Position numbers and translations under genes: made by a program. The notes below the pieces were generated by a model. It was not told where the DNA came from, did not search any database, and was given only the letters and a program-made list of their open reading frames with translations. A DNA stretch of 64,000 nucleotides from Candidatus Enterousia sp. (GTDB lineage Bacteria > Pseudomonadota > Alphaproteobacteria > Rs-D84), in NCBI GenBank assembly GCA_045629645.1, contig JAZQRR010000006.1:3042-67041 (forward strand). Direction: 5' to 3'. Below, one piece after another: positions 62,369-64,000 of the stretch (position 1 is its first letter; each line of letters opens with the position of its first letter).

Positions 62369-64000
62369 ACTTCCATGCCGCCGGTATATCAGCATAATCG
62401 GACAGATTTGTCGCACCACGGTACATCCATTGCACTTGGGCCGTTGTTGCTGTTGGCCAAATTTCATATAAAAACTGTCCATTAATTTTTGCCGATTCAC
62501 CAGTTAAACCAGAACAGTTTGCGAAAGTAGAGACAAAAGATTGATTAATCAAAGTGCCTGAAAGCGCACCAAATAAGTTATCTGGTATCGCGCCGGTCAG
62601 ACCAGAACATTCAGAAAAAGTACCATAAAACATTTGTGTAGCTGTTTCGCCGTATAAATCGCCGAATAATTTGTCGGGGATGTTGCCGGTTAATTTTGAA
62701 CAGCCGTTAAATAAGTTTCTGTACATGTGGGTGGCAGGATTGCCATAAACGCCTGTAAAGAGATTTGCCGGTATAGTGCCTGATAATTCAGAACATCCGG
62801 AAAAAGTGGCATCAAACATAAAAACTGCCGGTGTGCCGTCAAAAGTGCCAAATAGTCCAGTTGGAATATTGCCTGTTAGTCCGACACATCCTGAAAATGT
62901 TGCGCGATACATTGACTGGGCGGGCGCACCGTGAACGCCGGTGAATAAATTATTTGGAATAGAACCTGTCAGTCCAGAACAGTTTTGAAATGTTCCATAA
63001 AACATATTGTTTGCGGGTGCGCCGTCAAAGGTGCCAAATAATCCAGATGGAATTGCGCCTGTTAATCCCGTACAGTTATAAAAAGTATTGTAATACATTG
63101 ATGCTGCTGGGGTGCCATGGATGCCGGTAAATAAATTGCTGGGGATTGTACTGTTTAATCCGGTGCAACCACTGAACGTTTCAGAAAACATGCTTTGTGC
63201 TGGGGCACCATCAAAGGCGCCAAATACCCCAGACGGTATTGCGCCTGTTAATCCCTTGCAACCTAAAAAAGTTCCGTTGTACATATAATTTGCGGGTTTG
63301 CCCGAAATTCCACTAAATAATCCAGATGGAATTATGCCGGTCAGGTTGGCGCAGCCATTAAAAGTGTTTGAAAACATGCTTTGTGCTGGGGCGCCGTCAA
63401 AGGTGCCAAACAGCCCAGATGGTATCGCACCTGTCAAACCAGAACAACCAGAAAATGTGCCAGAAAACATGCTATCTGCTGGGGCGCCATTGTATGTACC
63501 AAAGAATCCAGACGGTATCGGTCCGGTTAGTTTTTTGCAACCAGAAAAAGTACCATTAAACATTGATGTGATTGGTTTTCCTGATAGTTTATTAAATAAA
63601 TTTGTTGGCAGATTCCCAGATATATTTGCACAACCGAAAAATGTGCTGTAAAAAGCGCCTTGACCGGGTTGGCCGTATATATCACCAAAAAAATTATCGG
63701 GGATTGTACCGGTCAGGTTTGTGCAACCTTGGAACAGTTGTCCATATGACCAATATTTCGTTGTGCCTTTGATTTTCGCAAACATGTTTGCGGGAATTGG
63801 ACCATTCAATCCAGAACAATATTGAAATGTTTCACGAAACATGCGGATAGCGGGCTCTCCGTATATGCCATTGAATAAATCGGATGGTATTGCACCAGTC
63901 AGACCGGTGCATTGTTGAAATGTGGCGTAAAACATGCTGTCTGCCGGGACACCGTTTAAATCCCCGAATAATTTTGATGGGATTGAACCTGTTAGTTTTT
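62367..64000 (-). CDS. BspA/DUF285-like leucine-rich repeat surface protein, C-terminal part (5' end beyond the right window edge)
   Basis: The frame stays open from 63935 to base 64000 (..KLTGSIPSKLFGDLNGVPADS-MFYATF..). At least 16 tandem 31-aa units F..TF.GC.GLTG.IP..LFG...G.PA..M. C-terminus ..YADIPAAWK. Confidence 0.8.
   Translation of the reverse strand, partial: KLTGSIPSKLFGDLNGVPADSMFYATFQQCTGLTGAIPSDLFNGIYGEPAIRMFRETFQYCSGLNGPIPANMFAKIKGTTKYWSYGQLFQGCTNLTGTIPDNFFGDIYGQPGQGAFYSTFFGCANISGNLPTNLFNKLSGKPITSMFNGTFSGCKKLTGPIPSGFFGTYNGAPADSMFSGTFSGCSGLTGAIPSGLFGTFDGAPAQSMFSNTFNGCANLTGIIPSGLFSGISGKPANYMYNGTFLGCKGLTGAIPSGVFGAFDGAPAQSMFSETFSGCTGLNSTIPSNLFTGIHGTPAASMYYNTFYNCTGLTGAIPSGLFGTFDGAPANNMFYGTFQNCSGLTGSIPNNLFTGVHGAPAQSMYRATFSGCVGLTGNIPTGLFGTFDGTPAVFMFDATFSGCSELSGTIPANLFTGVYGNPATHMYRNLFNGCSKLTGNIPDKLFGDLYGETATQMFYGTFSECSGLTGAIPDNLFGALSGTLINQSFVSTFANCSGLTGESAKINGQFLYEIWPTATTAQVQWMYRGATNLSDYADIPAAWK
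62500..64000 (-). repeat. tandem ~93-nt coding repeats inside the LRR gene
   Basis: Recurrent DNA blocks such as GCGCCGTCAAAGGTGCCAAA..CCAGATGG.ATTGCGCCTGTTAATCC at 93-nt spacing, with diverged copies. Confidence 0.8.

Overview
AT-rich chromosomal segment of a diderm bacterium. BamE, LptC/LptB, OmpA-family proteins and autotransporters mark the envelope type. Pyruvate:ferredoxin oxidoreductase suggests an anaerobic or microaerophilic lifestyle. The RNase E N-terminus and CarD/CdnL look proteobacterial, possibly alphaproteobacterial, but that is inference only.

About half the window is housekeeping: argS (partial), rho, eno, clpP-clpX, recO, pth, polA, corA, acpS, an MsbA-like ABC exporter, tyrS, carD, bamE, nifJ, ctpA, rph, rne, ssb, mrcA, rpsD, lptC-lptB. 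There are three tRNA genes: Pro-UGG, Leu with an apparent AAG anticodon, and Pro-GGG. Between these sit many small accessory islets:
- a 1704-aa autotransporter and an S8-protease autotransporter
- a BspA/DUF285-like 31-aa-repeat protein (partial)
- several beta-barrel outer-membrane proteins
- an unusually dense set of secreted cysteine-rich proteins, some with ephrin-receptor-like Cys repeats, and two paralogues with a Thr/Ser/Arg-rich spacer plus a shared Cys motif

No rRNA, CRISPR array, integrase or transposase is visible.

Observations most worth a second look:
1. Three structurally analogous attenuator-like RNA elements with a built-in terminator. Two lie directly upstream of secreted-protein genes, and their helices differ by compensatory changes.
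2. Two tRNA-3'-end-like direct repeats exactly 1 kb apart, bracketing a transglutaminase-like gene next to tRNA-Pro.
3. A ParB-like/deoxyribonucleotidase gene pair bracketed by identical 32-nt terminators.
4. An orphan overlapping spanin-like gene pair.
5. A Fic protein whose catalytic His is replaced by Gln.
6. The tRNA-Leu(AAG).

All protein calls come from motif recognition by eye. No database search was run.
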